A stretch of DNA of 64,000 nt from an uncultured Gammaproteobacteria bacterium (GTDB taxonomy: Bacteria > Pseudomonadota > Gammaproteobacteria > Chromatiales > Chromatiaceae): positions 107,657 through 171,656 of the forward strand of contig CALNYW010000007.1 in NCBI GenBank assembly GCA_942490985.1. Direction: 5' to 3'. This document shows positions 31,349-41,613 of this stretch, piece after piece; positions within the stretch are counted from its first letter, which is position 1, and every line of letters begins with the position of its first letter. Under the pieces are notes generated by a model, which was not told where the DNA came from, searched no databases, and saw only the letters and a program-made list of their open reading frames with translations. The position numbers and the translations under genes were made by a program.

Positions 31349-32087
31349 ATGTTGCAAGCCTATTTCAAGGCACTCTACAAACGAACAATGCGGAAAGCCT
31401 ATACACGGGCGCAGGATGAGATCATCTTCGCGTTGCAAAGAGGCGGCGAATGTTTGGATTGTGGCGCAGGCAGGTGCAGGCCACATGTTCGGTCGCCTGA
31501 GGACCCGTTCTGAACTGTCCTCAGCCACCTACCACGGATTGGAGTGGAACGCAGAAGCGGTAAGTGAGGCCCAGGCAAAAGGCTTGGATGTCCTCGAATG
31601 GGACCTTAACCATGCAATTCCGCATGACGACGACAGATTTCGCGTCGTCTTCGGGCTGTCGGTGCTGGAGCATTTGTTGAACCCGTGTCGATACATAACC
31701 GAATGTCATCGTGTCTTGCGCAAAGACGGGACTTTGATCATCCTCACACCAAACATCAGCACTTACTTCACCGCTGCGCTGATTTTGGCAGGCCGGATGC
31801 CCTCCAGCGGTCCACATCCGGATTCGAACAGTCTGATGCAACGGCAGGAACTGTTCCGTGTCAGTTCAGAGGAACTACAAAACGATGCGGAACTGGAAAC
31901 ACCCATGCACCGTCATCTTGTTGTCTTCAGTTACCGGGCTCTCAAGTCCTTTCTGGAATCGGTCGGTTTTCGGCAGATTCGCGGCTATGGCTTTGGCGTT
32001 TATCCTTTCCCTAACTTCATGCAGCCCGCACTCGAGAGGATCGATCCGTTTCATTGCCACCAGATGGTCTTTGTCGCGCGTAAATAA
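31349..32087 (+). pseudogene. class I SAM-dependent methyltransferase, N-terminal frameshift
   Basis: ATG 31349 frame: MLQAYFKALYKRTMRKAYTRAQDEIIFALQRGGECLDCGAG (motif I), then out of frame. The body (GHMFGRL...FGLSVLEHLLNPCRYITECHRVLRKDGTLIILTPN) is the 31416-32087 ORF. Junction ~31465-31480. Confidence 0.65.
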
Positions 32088-32131
32088 TCACACCAGCGAG
32101 CTGAAACCGCAGCTGTTCTTTTGTGCGCAGA

Positions 32132-33248
32132 TCATTTAGCCAACATGACCTGGTCAAATAGCCGGGCCAACTTCTCAGCCTGATCCCGCCACGATGGCAA
32201 CGTGAGCTCAGGAAGCTCGGGGGCCGCCAGCTGCTGCCTAATAATGCTTGCCAATCCGAAGGCATCACCGGGCTGAAACAGCAAAACCGATTCGCTCCCG
32301 AGAAGCTCACAGATAGCCCCGACCGAGGCCACAACCAACGGAACACCGCAAGCCAACGCTTCGTAGAACTTGACCGGGAAACAATAGCGGCCAAACGCGG
32401 AGTCGATGTTCGACACCACCGCCACGTCCAATGAGTTCAAGAAGGCGGGCACAACTCGCTGGTCCAACATCCCGAGATCGTATCCTTCTTCACCCGTTGG
32501 TCCCCGGTAGTCACGATCACGTGCCCCGGCTACGGCTAGCCGAACCGGCAAGCCCTGCTCACGCAATATCCGACAGGCAGCAGCCACGACATCAATACCG
32601 CGGCTCGCCGACAGGGCCCCTGCGACCCCTACCAGCAGACCGTCTTTGGGAAGGCCAAGGCGACGCCGACAATCGTGCTTCGGCAGAGGCCGAAAAACCT
32701 CCGGATCGATCGCGTTCTCAACGACAGCGACCTTCTCAATGCCAGGAAGATGGCCCGCCACCTTGCGCGCCAATGGTTCACTGACACAAGACACAGCCGA
32801 GGCCTGTGACAATGCGCGACGGAATAACCAACGAGCACCTGGCAAGCGGCGGGCTGCACCAAAGCTTTCATAATTGTCGTAGAGATCGGCTACGACCGAG
32901 ATGCCATAGCGTGCACCGAGTCGTACGCCCAAGATTACATGGTAAACATCGCTTGAGACCCAGATTACGTCGGGACGAAAAGCGATGATTTCTGTTGCAA
33001 CCTCGCGCAGATAGCGCGCAAATCCGACCAATGGGGCGACCCATAGCGAGCGATCGCCATGCCAATGACAGTTTATCGATACGATCCAACTGCGCATCCC
33101 GGCGACCGTGGTAGTCGGTTGCAAGACCCCGCAGCTGGTACCCGCCGCCCTGTGCGAGGCAATAGGGGATCTCCCACATCCTACCGTAGCGATCGTTGAG
33201 TAGATCTCGTCCGGTATAGGTTCGCTTGGTGAACACGAGGAGTCTCAC
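32132..33248 (-). pseudogene. GT4-like glycosyltransferase, N-terminal frameshift
   Basis: GTG 33248 frame: VRLLVFTKRTYTGRDLLNDRYGRMWEIPYCLAQGGGYQLRGLATDYHG. The frame then switches near 33105-33115 into the 330-aa ORF (..PDVIWVSSDVYHVILG..DLYDNYESF..). The GTG start overlaps the upstream stop (GTGA, 33245-33248). Confidence 0.65.
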
Positions 33249-34166
33249 CGACGTGCGCCCAGTTGGTTGAACCTCGCGCCCAGCGAACGGAACCAGTCGA
33301 CCGGCAACAACCACCGGGCCAGGACAACGGCTGCAAGCCGAAGGTAATCACTGACCAGCGTCACCACAAAGCGAAAGAATCCGCTTCTGTGGCGCCACAG
33401 GAAACGAACGCGCCGGTTGACCTGGTAGACTGATCGACGAGATCGAAGCAACCGCCAGATTCCAAGCAAGCCGAGTCAGCAGTCGTACGGGTTGTATCCG
33501 GTCTTGCTGCGATCGTTCAAAACAACTGACGTGAGCACGACCAGACGCCTATACCTTTTATTCGCGGCCCGCAGCACAAGATCGTCATCGGCAAAGAGAT
33601 GTGGGAATGCCTGCACATCGAACAGCCCCACATTCTCGAAAAACCGATCTCGGGATCAGCGTGGACATCCCATGCAGAAGATCCACCTCTCGCACGCTGG
33701 CTTCCAGCGTTCTGACGTCTGAATCCACGTCGAGATAGTGATACCGGTCGGTCCATCGATTCCTGACTCGGCCGGCAAAGAAGATGCGATGCGGGTCACC
33801 GAGTAACAGCAGACGGACGCAACAATCGCAGCGGGATGCTTATCGGCCACATCGCGTAACTCACGGAGGAATCCAGCCGTGGCGATGTTGTCGTCGTTGA
33901 AGGTCAAGACATAATCGACACCCTCCGCCATCACCGTCTTGACGCCAATGCTGACCAGGCCGGCCCACTCAAGCATCCGTAGTAGCCTGGATTAGCATCG
34001 CATCGGGGCAGTCCCGTCGGACCATCTCTACCGTTCCGTCGGTCGAGCCGGCGTCCACCACCGCCAGCAAATCCCCCTTGGCTACTTCCGTGGCCAGCGA
34101 TTCCAGACACCGAGATAAGGATCCGCAGCGGTTGAAAGTAGGAATCACCAAACCGATTCGTGTCAC
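33245..34166 (-). pseudogene. GT2-family (GT-A) glycosyltransferase, at least three frameshifts plus an in-frame TGA
   Basis: Pieces, 5' to 3':
- GTG 34166: TRIGLVIPTFNRCGSLSRCLESL..VVDAGSTDGT
- WAGLVSIGVKTVMAEGVDYVLTFNDDNIATAGFLRELRDVADKHPAAIVASVCCY
- GDPHRIFFAGRVRNRWTDRYHYLDVDSDVRTLEASVREVDLLHGMSTLIPRSVF
- ENVGLFDVQAFPHLFADDDLVLRAANKRY..NPYDC
- TGA at 33476-33478
- LGLLGIWRLLRSRRSVYQ... Confidence 0.7.
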
Positions 34167-34573
34167 GACTCATGTTCCTCGTTTGCTTTCGGCCGTCGTC
34201 CTATGAGGGTCGATAGAGCGAAAGACAGTCCGATCACTGGATCAACATACTCCACGGCAGGCGGAATGACTGCCTCCCAACACCTGCTATCGATATCGTC
34301 CTCAGGCACTAGCAAAAACTACTACGGCCATATCTACTGGCATCGCCGTAACGAGCGAAGTAAGCGATGCGACGGTAATCAAAGATGGCTATTAATGCCT
34401 GAGTATCCGCCTAGCACTCGAGCGTATAGCATGCGTGAACCTCGAGTCCTGGATTACAAATCTCAACTGCCCCGCAGGCATGACCACCGCGACGAAGCTG
34501 TGAAGCAGTAATCGCGCTGACCCCAAAACAGTGAGCGGAAATCAAGCGGCTCCTTTGCGCACCAGAGCGTCCA
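34163..34573 (-). pseudogene. remnant of a small hydrophobic membrane-protein gene (GtrA-like in size and context), frame broken
   Basis: There is no long ORF here. Minus-strand frames give hydrophobic runs: LTVLGSARLLLHSFVAVVMPAG, LITVASLTSLVTAMPVDMAVVVFASA, AVIPPAVEYVDPVIGLSFALSTLIG. The last frame ends in a TGA (34163-34165) that overlaps the GTG start of the downstream GT2 (GTGA). Family not established. Confidence 0.3.
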
Positions 34574-35521
34574 TCAGAACCGCTGTAGCGTATCAATCAA
34601 CAGCGGCCAAGCACGCTTCTTCATATGTATCAGTCTCTGATAGTACCGCCGCGCAAAACTTGCCGGCGTCGCCTGGGGAACAAGGGTGCTTCCATGACTT
34701 GCGAGACGATCCAACGATTTTCGCAGGTCTAGAAAGTAAGGTTCGTACACATTCACGCGCAAGGGAATCGGCAAAAGGTATTGTCCAAGCTCAACCTTGT
34801 ATCTGGATAGCAGTCTCAATCCGTGGCAGTGGTAAAAGATTGCGTTACCATAGGGGAAACGGAGCATTCCATAGTGCCAAAGCCCGCTCTTTGTCCTGTA
34901 AAGACATGCACAGTCCCACCAAAGAGTTCCGGCCATTCATCCAAATACTTCTGGTCGCCGAACTTTCCATCTTCACACCGCGCGTAACACCATTCGATAC
35001 AGCTTCTCTTCCCAGGCTTTGCGAATCTGCTCTCACCACCCTCACGCGTGAACGTGGACAACCGAACACAGGCCAATATCACAGCCCGCATAATGCTGAC
35101 CAGTCATATTCCGGCGCATAAGCATGGTCAGTAATCAAGACCCTGCTTACCTGACGCATCAAACTCAGAAAAAATCGGCTTCGGATGCTTCCGAATCCAG
35201 AGGTCCGCATCAATGTAGGTGACATGCTGCACGTTTGAATCCGCTTCAAACACGAAACGTAAAGGGCAAAAGGGGTCACAGTCCAGCAATACCCGCAATC
35301 GATCGGCTCGGCTTTACTGACAGTAACTCCGCCGTTTCCAACTCACTGAGTTTCAGCAATCGGACATTGGGGAGGTCGAGCCGTGCCAGCACATCGTGGG
35401 CCTCGTCATCGACGCAGAGGATCCACAGGACATAGTCCCGCACATGCCGCTCCATCGACAGCTGCAATGCCAGGCCCTGAGGCAGAAAAAGGCAATTGAA
35501 TAATGTGACGAAATGCTCCAT
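34574..35521 (-). pseudogene. nucleotide-diphospho-sugar (GT-A fold, DxD) glycosyltransferase, at least four frameshifts
   Basis: Pieces:
- MEHFVTLFNCLFLPQGLALQLSMERHVRDYVLWILCVDDEAHDVL
- TPFALYV
- DSNVQHVTYIDADLWIRKHPKPIFSEFDASGKQ (DxD)
- [15 protein letters not shown]
- [34 protein letters not shown]
- [23 protein letters not shown]...

The pieces are spread over three frames. Confidence 0.6.
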
Positions 35522-36612
35522 CAGCGCGCTCGAAAAGAATTCACAGCCTCAATCACGGTTTCTACGTCCTCGTCGGTCATCTGCGGGTGACAGGGAATTG
35601 AAAGGCAACGTGTCGCATGCCGTTCACAGCGCGCAAGGCCTTGCGGATCACGCGGCAAATCACGACATGGATCCTGATGATGCACCGGAATCGGATAGTG
35701 AATCAGCGTTTGCACGCCACGCGACTCCAGATGCTTCTGCATGGCACCCCGATCGCTGCAGATGATGACAAACAGATGATAGACATGCGCAGCAGATTCT
35801 TGAGGGGCAGCCAACAAGCTGACGTCGGGGTTTCGGATGCCCAACAAGTAGGCAAGCGCGACCTCCTGCCTGCGCTTGGTGAATTCGGGCAACCATTTCA
35901 GGCGTTCATTGAGGATCGCAGCCTGTAGTTCGTCCAAACGGCTGTTCAGACCGATTTCCGAATGATGATAGCGGATGCTTTGACCGTAGTTACGAAACCT
36001 GACTGCGCGCTCGGCTACGGCAGGATCATCTGTAACCAAATACGTGATGCTCAGGCGTCTCCAGGTTCTGCGTGGATAAAAGCTATATGCTCCCGTTTGC
36101 CGAAACTTCCCGCTACCCCAGCTGTCCGCTTGCCAGATACGCTTGTGCGCAGTCTTCCAGCAGCAAAATCGAATGCGTCTCGCAAAACGCCTGCCAGGCG
36201 GCTACATCCCTCACTTGCCCGTAAAGATGTACCAGAAGCAAGGCTTTCGTATTTTGCCAACACAGCTGCACACTGTCCATCGACAATAAGGCGGTATTGG
36301 AGTCGACATCGGCTGTACCGGTGTCGCGCCAGCCCGGAGGATAGCCAGCACCGTTGCAAACGCCGTCATCGGCGTCGTAATGACTTCATCGCCCTGCCCG
36401 ATATCCAGAGCGCAGGGATATTTTTGATGGCATCCATGCCGTTGCCAACACCCACCGCCTACCGACGCCACAGACGCCGCCCCAGGCCCTCTCAATGCCC
36501 TCACCTCATTGCCGAGCACGTACCAACCGGAATCAATCAAACGGGCGGCTACAGCATGCATTGCATCACGCAGCCGTTGAGGCTCGGCCCTGAAGTCATT
36601 CATCAAGATCAT
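35521..36612 (-). pseudogene. DegT/DnrJ/EryC1/StrS-family sugar aminotransferase, several frameshifts
   Basis: N-terminal piece MILMNDFRAEPQRLRDAMHAVAARLIDSGWYVLGNEV. Middle pieces DIGQGDEVITTPMTAFATVLAILRAGATPV and AGVAGSFGKREHIAFIHAEPGDA. The C-terminal 172-aa ORF reads ..FRNYGQSIRYHHSEIGLNSRLDELQAAILNERLKWL...HVYHLFVI..LSIPCHPQMTDEDVETVIEAV. Confidence 0.7.
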
Positions 36613-36618
36613 CAACAA

Positions 36619-37612
36619 CTAATCCCAGTAGGCAGCGGCGGCCTGATTGAAGCAATCGAGTGTCCGCTGGATCCCTTCCCGAAGACCCACCCTAGGATGC
36701 CAGCCCAGATCCTCGGCGATGAGGGAGAAATCGCTGTAGTAGTCCTCAATGTCAATCGCCTTGGTGGCCTTCGGGGAAACGAACGAGGTCGTAGCTGCCA
36801 TCGACACGAAGCCCGGTCATCATCTCTGCCAGTTCTTGAGCGCGATGACTTCCGTACTGCCCAGGTTGTAGACGTTACCGTTCGCGACGTCATTGGCCCC
36901 CACGTGCAAAAAGGGCGTCAACGCAGTCATCCACATAGTTGAAATCGCGCAGCTGGGTGCCGTCACCGAATACCTTAATCGGTTTGCCATCCAGTAGCAG
37001 CCTTACCCATATTCCCAGGAAGGTCTGGCGCGCATCCTTCACCCCTGCATACCCGGCCCATAGGTGTTTTGGTCAGGCGAAGCGCACATGCACGATACTG
37101 TACACATTGTTGTACAACAGATGATACCACTCCCCGGCAAGCTTGTTGATGCCGTTAACATCGACGGGACGCACCGGGTGCTTCTCGTCAACTGGCAGAT
37201 AGGCCGGTTTGCCGTAAAGTTGGCGCGTGCTTGCAAAGACAATCTTGATCTCTGGATTATTTAGCCTGCACGCCTCCAGAATAGACAGCTGTGCCGAAGC
37301 ATTGATATCCAGAGTTGTCCGCGGGTCAGTCATCGAATTGATATGGCTGGTCTGACCGGCAAGATTTTCGAATAGGTGGTCCTGTCCCTGAATCAGATAC
37401 TTCATCGCATGCGGATCACGCACGTCACAGATATTCACAGCAACCTTTTTTTGAATATCCGAAATATTGAATGGGTTGCCTCCATACTGCGGGATCAGGC
37501 TGTCTAAAAGTGTTACCTCTGCCCCCTGCGCCACCAGGGCGCGTGCCAGGTTCGAGCCGATGAACCCGAGCCCACCGGTGATCAACACCCGCTTGCCGGC
37601 ATACTGCGTCAT
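36619..37612 (-). pseudogene. NAD-dependent sugar epimerase/dehydratase (SDR), about three frameshifts
   Basis: ATG 37612: MTQYAGKRVLITGGLGFIGSNLARAL (Rossmann GxxGxxG) ... ASTRQLYGKPAYLPVDEKHP. The middle (DARQTFLGIWVRLLLDGKPIKVFGDGTQLRDFNYVDDCVDA) is in another frame. The C-terminus (..YYSDFSLIAEDLGWHPRVGLREGIQRTL) is in the 36619-36807 ORF. Confidence 0.7.
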
Positions 37613-38330
37613 ATTGTCTTCCGCAAGAACGATATTGTCCAGGTACAAATCCGCATTTTTCGGAAGAACCAGCCCGCGACGACGCCCGTCATGTTGACCA
37701 GCCCCATGACGGAGGCGGTGAACAACAGCTTCGCATACCTGTTCCAGTGTTCTGTGAGCCTGTACAGATAGGCGTTGGTCAACTGAAAGTAAAGAATGGA
37801 GACATCCGCGCCGAGTTTCTCGTGCTGGATGATCTGGAGCCCATTCCTCGCGAGCAGCGCTTTCAATCCGAAACAGGAATACCGCGCATAGTCCACAGGT
37901 TGCTCATGCTCGTCCCAAACAAATGGCACGGTCAGAGCAGTTTCCCGCCGGGCTTGAGCACACGATGGATCTCGCGAAGGAACTCATCCGGATTGAAGAC
38001 ATGCTCGAGCACCTGATTACACAAGACGGCGTCGAACGCCTGATCGTCGAACGGGAAGGTCTTTCCATCATAGAACTCGTCGGCAATGGCTCGCTCTCGC
38101 GAACCTTCACTGTCGATGTCAAGGCCAACATACTCAGAGACCCCGAACAGCCTTTCATAGGGTTTCGTGCCACAGCCGACATCCAGGAGCCTTCCTTCCA
38201 GTCGTTTCGCATAACGGTCCATCGCCCCGGCGAGGCCCGCCCTGGCAAAGTAGAAGGGGTTCAGAAAGATCCCTATCCATGTCGGAAAAAACGACTGTTC
38301 CTGAATCAGCCGGTTTACTGCCGTTCTCAC
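37609..38330 (-). pseudogene. class I SAM-dependent methyltransferase, frameshift at ~37935 and a shifted window near the 3' end
   Basis: The 132-aa ORF carries LLDVGCGTKPY (motif I)..FDAVLCNQVLEHV..RVLKPGGKLL and then a stop. The continuation LTVPFVWDEHEQPVDYARYSCFGLKALL is one base out of frame. Its ATG overlaps the upstream stop (ATGA, 38327-38330) and its TGA overlaps the downstream ATG (ATGA, 37609-37612). Confidence 0.65.
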
Positions 38331-39184
38331 AACGCCCTCCGCCGAAAAATGAGCCCGTTGAAGGAGAAAGTGGCACCCGGAAGCGAGACATATCCTTCCG
38401 GCGACAGTGTTTCCGCGACCAGGTCAAATTGCGATGACATTCGCTTCATGAAGTCGTGCCTGGAAAACAGCCACATCGGATAGCTGGCCGGATAGACCGC
38501 CGGTGGCACCGTCTGCATGGCAACCAGGTCCTTGGGGCCGGTGTGGAAGGACGTTCGATCGATGATCAGGAACTCTGCTCCACAATCGATGAGCTCCTGC
38601 AGAACGGCATAAGGCCGTTCCAGATACTGCAGCACGCTGGACAGCAGAACCACGTTCGGGTCTTCATCGGCGACGCACTCCCCGATCGTCGGATAAAAGA
38701 CCGGGCCGGCATCCTGAATATGCTCGCGCCCCGCCTGAACGAAATGCGGCTGCTCGACGATCGACCAGCGAACACGCTTCAGCCCATTGAGAAAATCGCG
38801 GTTCTGAAAGTAGCTGCTGCCCAGCGAACCGCCAAAATCCACGCCGCACAGCCGCCCTTCGTCTCTAGCCGCGGCATGCATCAAGCCCGCCGTCACCGGC
38901 CATGCGTACTGTATCTCGCCGAACAGAACGGAGTCCCTTTCAAACACAGCCCGCCCATGCTTGACCTCAAGCGTTGCGGCTAGCACGCGCTCGAGAATCT
39001 GTTCACCGTCGTAGCCACTCGAGCGCGCTGCGGCTTCAGCCCATGATGCGAACGCGCCCTCAAAGACATTACCGCGCTCGTGACGAAGGATCCGCCGCGA
39101 CTGGCGTACCAGAGCAGGCGGCAGCCAATCCCTGGCCAGGGTAATCAGGCGCTTGCGCTGCATATGCGAAAACACCCGTGTCAT
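38327..39184 (-). CDS. putative methyltransferase of the LPS-cluster type (resembles the TIGR04325 / LIC12133-like family)
   Basis: Reads as intact. Text: FEGAFASWAEAAARSSGYDGEQILERVLAATLEVKHGRAVFERDSVLF..VDFGGSLGSSYFQNR..VRWSIVEQPHFVQAG..LLSSVLQYLERPY. I place the start at ATG 39184, which overlaps the upstream stop (ATGA). The family name is from memory. Confidence 0.65.
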   Translation of the reverse strand: MTRVFSHMQRKRLITLARDWLPPALVRQSRRILRHERGNVFEGAFASWAEAAARSSGYDGEQILERVLAATLEVKHGRAVFERDSVLFGEIQYAWPVTAGLMHAAARDEGRLCGVDFGGSLGSSYFQNRDFLNGLKRVRWSIVEQPHFVQAGREHIQDAGPVFYPTIGECVADEDPNVVLLSSVLQYLERPYAVLQELIDCGAEFLIIDRTSFHTGPKDLVAMQTVPPAVYPASYPMWLFSRHDFMKRMSSQFDLVAETLSPEGYVSLPGATFSFNGLIFRRRAL

Positions 39185-40044
39185 TTTTTCGTTGAGCCGG
39201 TCCACCCCTGGCGCGAAAACGTCCCGATCGCCTTTCTGGCTGTCTCAGACTCCTCGACGACTGTGGCATCCACACGAATTGGCTCAGACGACAGCTCCGC
39301 ATCCATCGCAGTACTCGTGCCGCAGTGCGTCCCACTGCTCTCATTGCCAATGTTGTGCACCAGGCTTCGCCCCGGATAAAGGGTGAGCTTTTCGGCCAGA
39401 AATGCAGAGGCGTACCAACGCACCGCCCAGGAGTCATTCGCCCCTGCAATCTGGCCCTTCAACATCTCAGAGAAGCCATACGTACCGTCGAAATCGAATG
39501 CCCTCAGCATCCGTCTGCGTTTCAACTCATCGAGAAGGTGCTGGCCATCCGATTGAACAACGCCCAGCCGCGCCGCCAGGTCGCCCAACCCCAGCAGTCG
39601 GCTCCGGCGGAGAAAGAAGGCCTCAGGCAGGCGATTGGTCACAGGGTAGACATAGCCATGAACGCCAATCACCCGGTCGTCATCTGCGTAACGATTCAAC
39701 GATTCGTCCACGTATCGGAGAAAATGCGGAGAGGTGACCATGTCATCTTCCAACACGATCACCCGCTGATGCTCAGCAAGCACCTCGCTCACACCTTCAG
39801 TGATCGATCTGGCCAGGCCGAAATTATGCGGACGACGACGGACGATTAGCGAACGAAAACCCTCAATGCCCGCAACATACTCACGCACCGCGTCGACCGA
39901 TTCCGTCTCACCCGCCGATCGTGCCGCGTCCGAAAAAACGATCAAATCCGACGTCCTGGCCTCGGCATTGCCAAGTAGGGCTTCGACCGTCCGCCGCGTA
40001 TGCGCCGGGCGTGTGTAGGCGAAGAGCGCAATGGGTGCGGTCAT
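39181..40044 (-). CDS. GT-A fold glycosyltransferase; single ORF but with an internal ~19-codon out-of-frame window
   Basis: IALFAYTRPAHTRRTVEALL..LIVFSDAARS..NFGLARSITEGV..VIVLEDDMVTSPHFL. The segment 39550-39606 reads RSRLLGLGDLAARLGVVQS in frame, but GADCWGWATWRRGWALFN one base over (see findings). Confidence 0.65.
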   Translation of the reverse strand: MTAPIALFAYTRPAHTRRTVEALLGNAEARTSDLIVFSDAARSAGETESVDAVREYVAGIEGFRSLIVRRRPHNFGLARSITEGVSEVLAEHQRVIVLEDDMVTSPHFLRYVDESLNRYADDDRVIGVHGYVYPVTNRLPEAFFLRRSRLLGLGDLAARLGVVQSDGQHLLDELKRRRMLRAFDFDGTYGFSEMLKGQIAGANDSWAVRWYASAFLAEKLTLYPGRSLVHNIGNESSGTHCGTSTAMDAELSSEPIRVDATVVEESETARKAIGTFSRQGWTGSTKK

Positions 40045-40222
40045 CGACAGAGCCCCACTGAATCCACTCCGTCACCGGTTAAGCAACGTCCACAAGCGCC
40101 AGTGACGGGCTTCGATCCGGTTCGATCCACCGGCACCCTTTCCCCCATCAATCGCACCCTTACGATCCATGAGAGATGGCTACCGGGATCGTCGCTGCTA
40201 TGAATCGATCGCATGATGCGAA

Positions 40223-41406
40223 TCAGGCCTGCAGCTTTCGGCGAAGCTCAGGTCTGTTGTGAACGGCGCGATATCGCGCAAACTCCCCCGTTTCTATTTA
40301 TCCAGTCCAGCATGCCACCGGCGATCAATGAGTCGATGCGACGAGCACTCTCTGCGGCATCGCCCGGTACGATGCAGATTCCGATCTTGAAATCGCTGAC
40401 CCTGTCTTCGCTGCAATACCCGGGGTCTACGATGACTGCCTTGTCAAAAAAGGCGGCCTTCGAAACGATGTTGCTACTGTGGTAGAAGTCATCGTACGCC
40501 GCCCACACTGCATCGCTTGACGCAATCATCGAATTGAACTCTCGTTCACTCTCGATCCATCCCAGACAACAATGCGCGTTCTCCTGAGTGTTGCAAAATG
40601 CCTGAATGGACGCGGCCCCGTCTGGCGTGTAGTCCACACCATCTCCCCGGCGACCAGGAAAAAGAAACGCTCATCGCAGAGTCTTGAAATCTCGATGAGT
40701 TTCAGTAGACCCTTGCGCCGGTGCAGCGGCCCGAGAAGAGAAATGACCGTCCTGTTGACACTCTTACGCCGGATATCCGGTAAAGAACCGGCCTCCTTCG
40801 GGTCGTCAAGCTCAGTGTTTGTGACGTCGGGAAGACTCATGACCACCTTGTCCGCAAAGCGCTCGGCCAGCATCGATTCCACGCCCTCATCCAGCACCGC
40901 ACTCGCCCCCACAGTTCTTGGCACCGAGCGGCCGATCAGGTCGCAGGACCCCGCGATCGAACCTTGCGGAGGCGGTCTTGAGCCTCAGGTGAGTTGGATG
41001 AAAGTAGAGCCCCACCCAGGGGTAAGGAAACACTGCGTCGATCAGGCGATGGACAGCAACGGTGCCAGGCAGGAATCGAGCCACAAGAAGAAAACGAGGT
41101 CGATATCCTGGCCGTTCGACTGCAGCGTACTCAGACTATGGGCCGTGCTTCGCCACACGGCGAACGTGCTATAAGCGCGCACGAGCTTTTTACGACGAAC
41201 GGCTTCGCGGAACAGAACACCAATTCTTTTACTACGACATCCGCTGATCTCAGTGGCTTTCTACTACGCATGTAGCGATGAATTCGGTCGGGATCCTGAC
41301 AGAGGACGCATACGTGGAATCCCAAGTCTACAAACGCAGCGATGTAGATCTCTAAGTAACTACCATGATGTCCCCCTTCAACCGGATCAACTAGACAAAC
41401 TCTCAT
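40223..41406 (-). pseudogene. GT-B-like glycosyltransferase, at least four frame changes
   Basis: Pieces:
- MRVCLVDPVEGGHHGSYLEIYIAAFVDLGFHVCVLCQDPDRI (ATG 41406)
- SAVLDEGVESMLAERFADKVV..ISLLGPLHRRKGLLKLIEISRLCDERFFFLVAGE
- DAVWAAYDDFYHSSNIVSKAAFFDKAVIVDPGYCSEDRV..GICIVPGD
- terminal VHNRPELRRKLQA* (stop 40223-40225) in yet another frame

Family assignment is weak. Confidence 0.5.
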
Positions 41407-41613
41407 ACGCAAGCCTGGCGTTATTGGCATCGAACACAGACAACACTGAACAACTTTTTCCTAGCGCAGCGTCGACTTGCTTCCGAGCCTGAAATGGAAT
41501 TGAAGAACGACTTTGGATCACTATGGTATTCATCGAATGCCAGGCTCGAACATCCGGTCTGCAACGCTGTCATGCAAGCACTACAAGAAGCCCAACTTAT
41601 TCCTCACCAGTCG

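Noticed and set aside
34203-34511. 102-aa plus-strand ORF in the gap between two glycosyltransferase genes
   Set aside because: It is on the opposite strand to the surrounding operon and has no motifs. The minus strand shows hydrophobic fragments ending in a GTGA junction with the next gene.
35962-36942. 326-aa plus-strand ORF spanning the DegT and epimerase remnants
   Set aside because: It is antisense to recognisable aminotransferase and SDR fragments. Its text is low-complexity and Arg/Pro/Ser-rich. Its length is a by-product of the minus-strand genes being fragmented in the track.
37073-37648. 191-aa ORF starting MYLDNIVLAEDNMTQ, which could be read as a methyltransferase-epimerase fusion
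   Set aside because: The first 12 codons are the out-of-frame tail of the upstream methyltransferase. The epimerase start is the ATG at 37612, which forms an ATGA overlap with the methyltransferase stop.
40095-40150. tRNA-like fragment (cttcgatccggttcgatccaccgg contains a GGTTCGATCC T-loop-like text and a ccggt/accgg stem)
   Set aside because: No acceptor, D or anticodon arms can be folded around it. The stem register does not give a canonical 5-bp T-stem with a TTCGAnn loop. I cannot support a tRNA or an att-site remnant.
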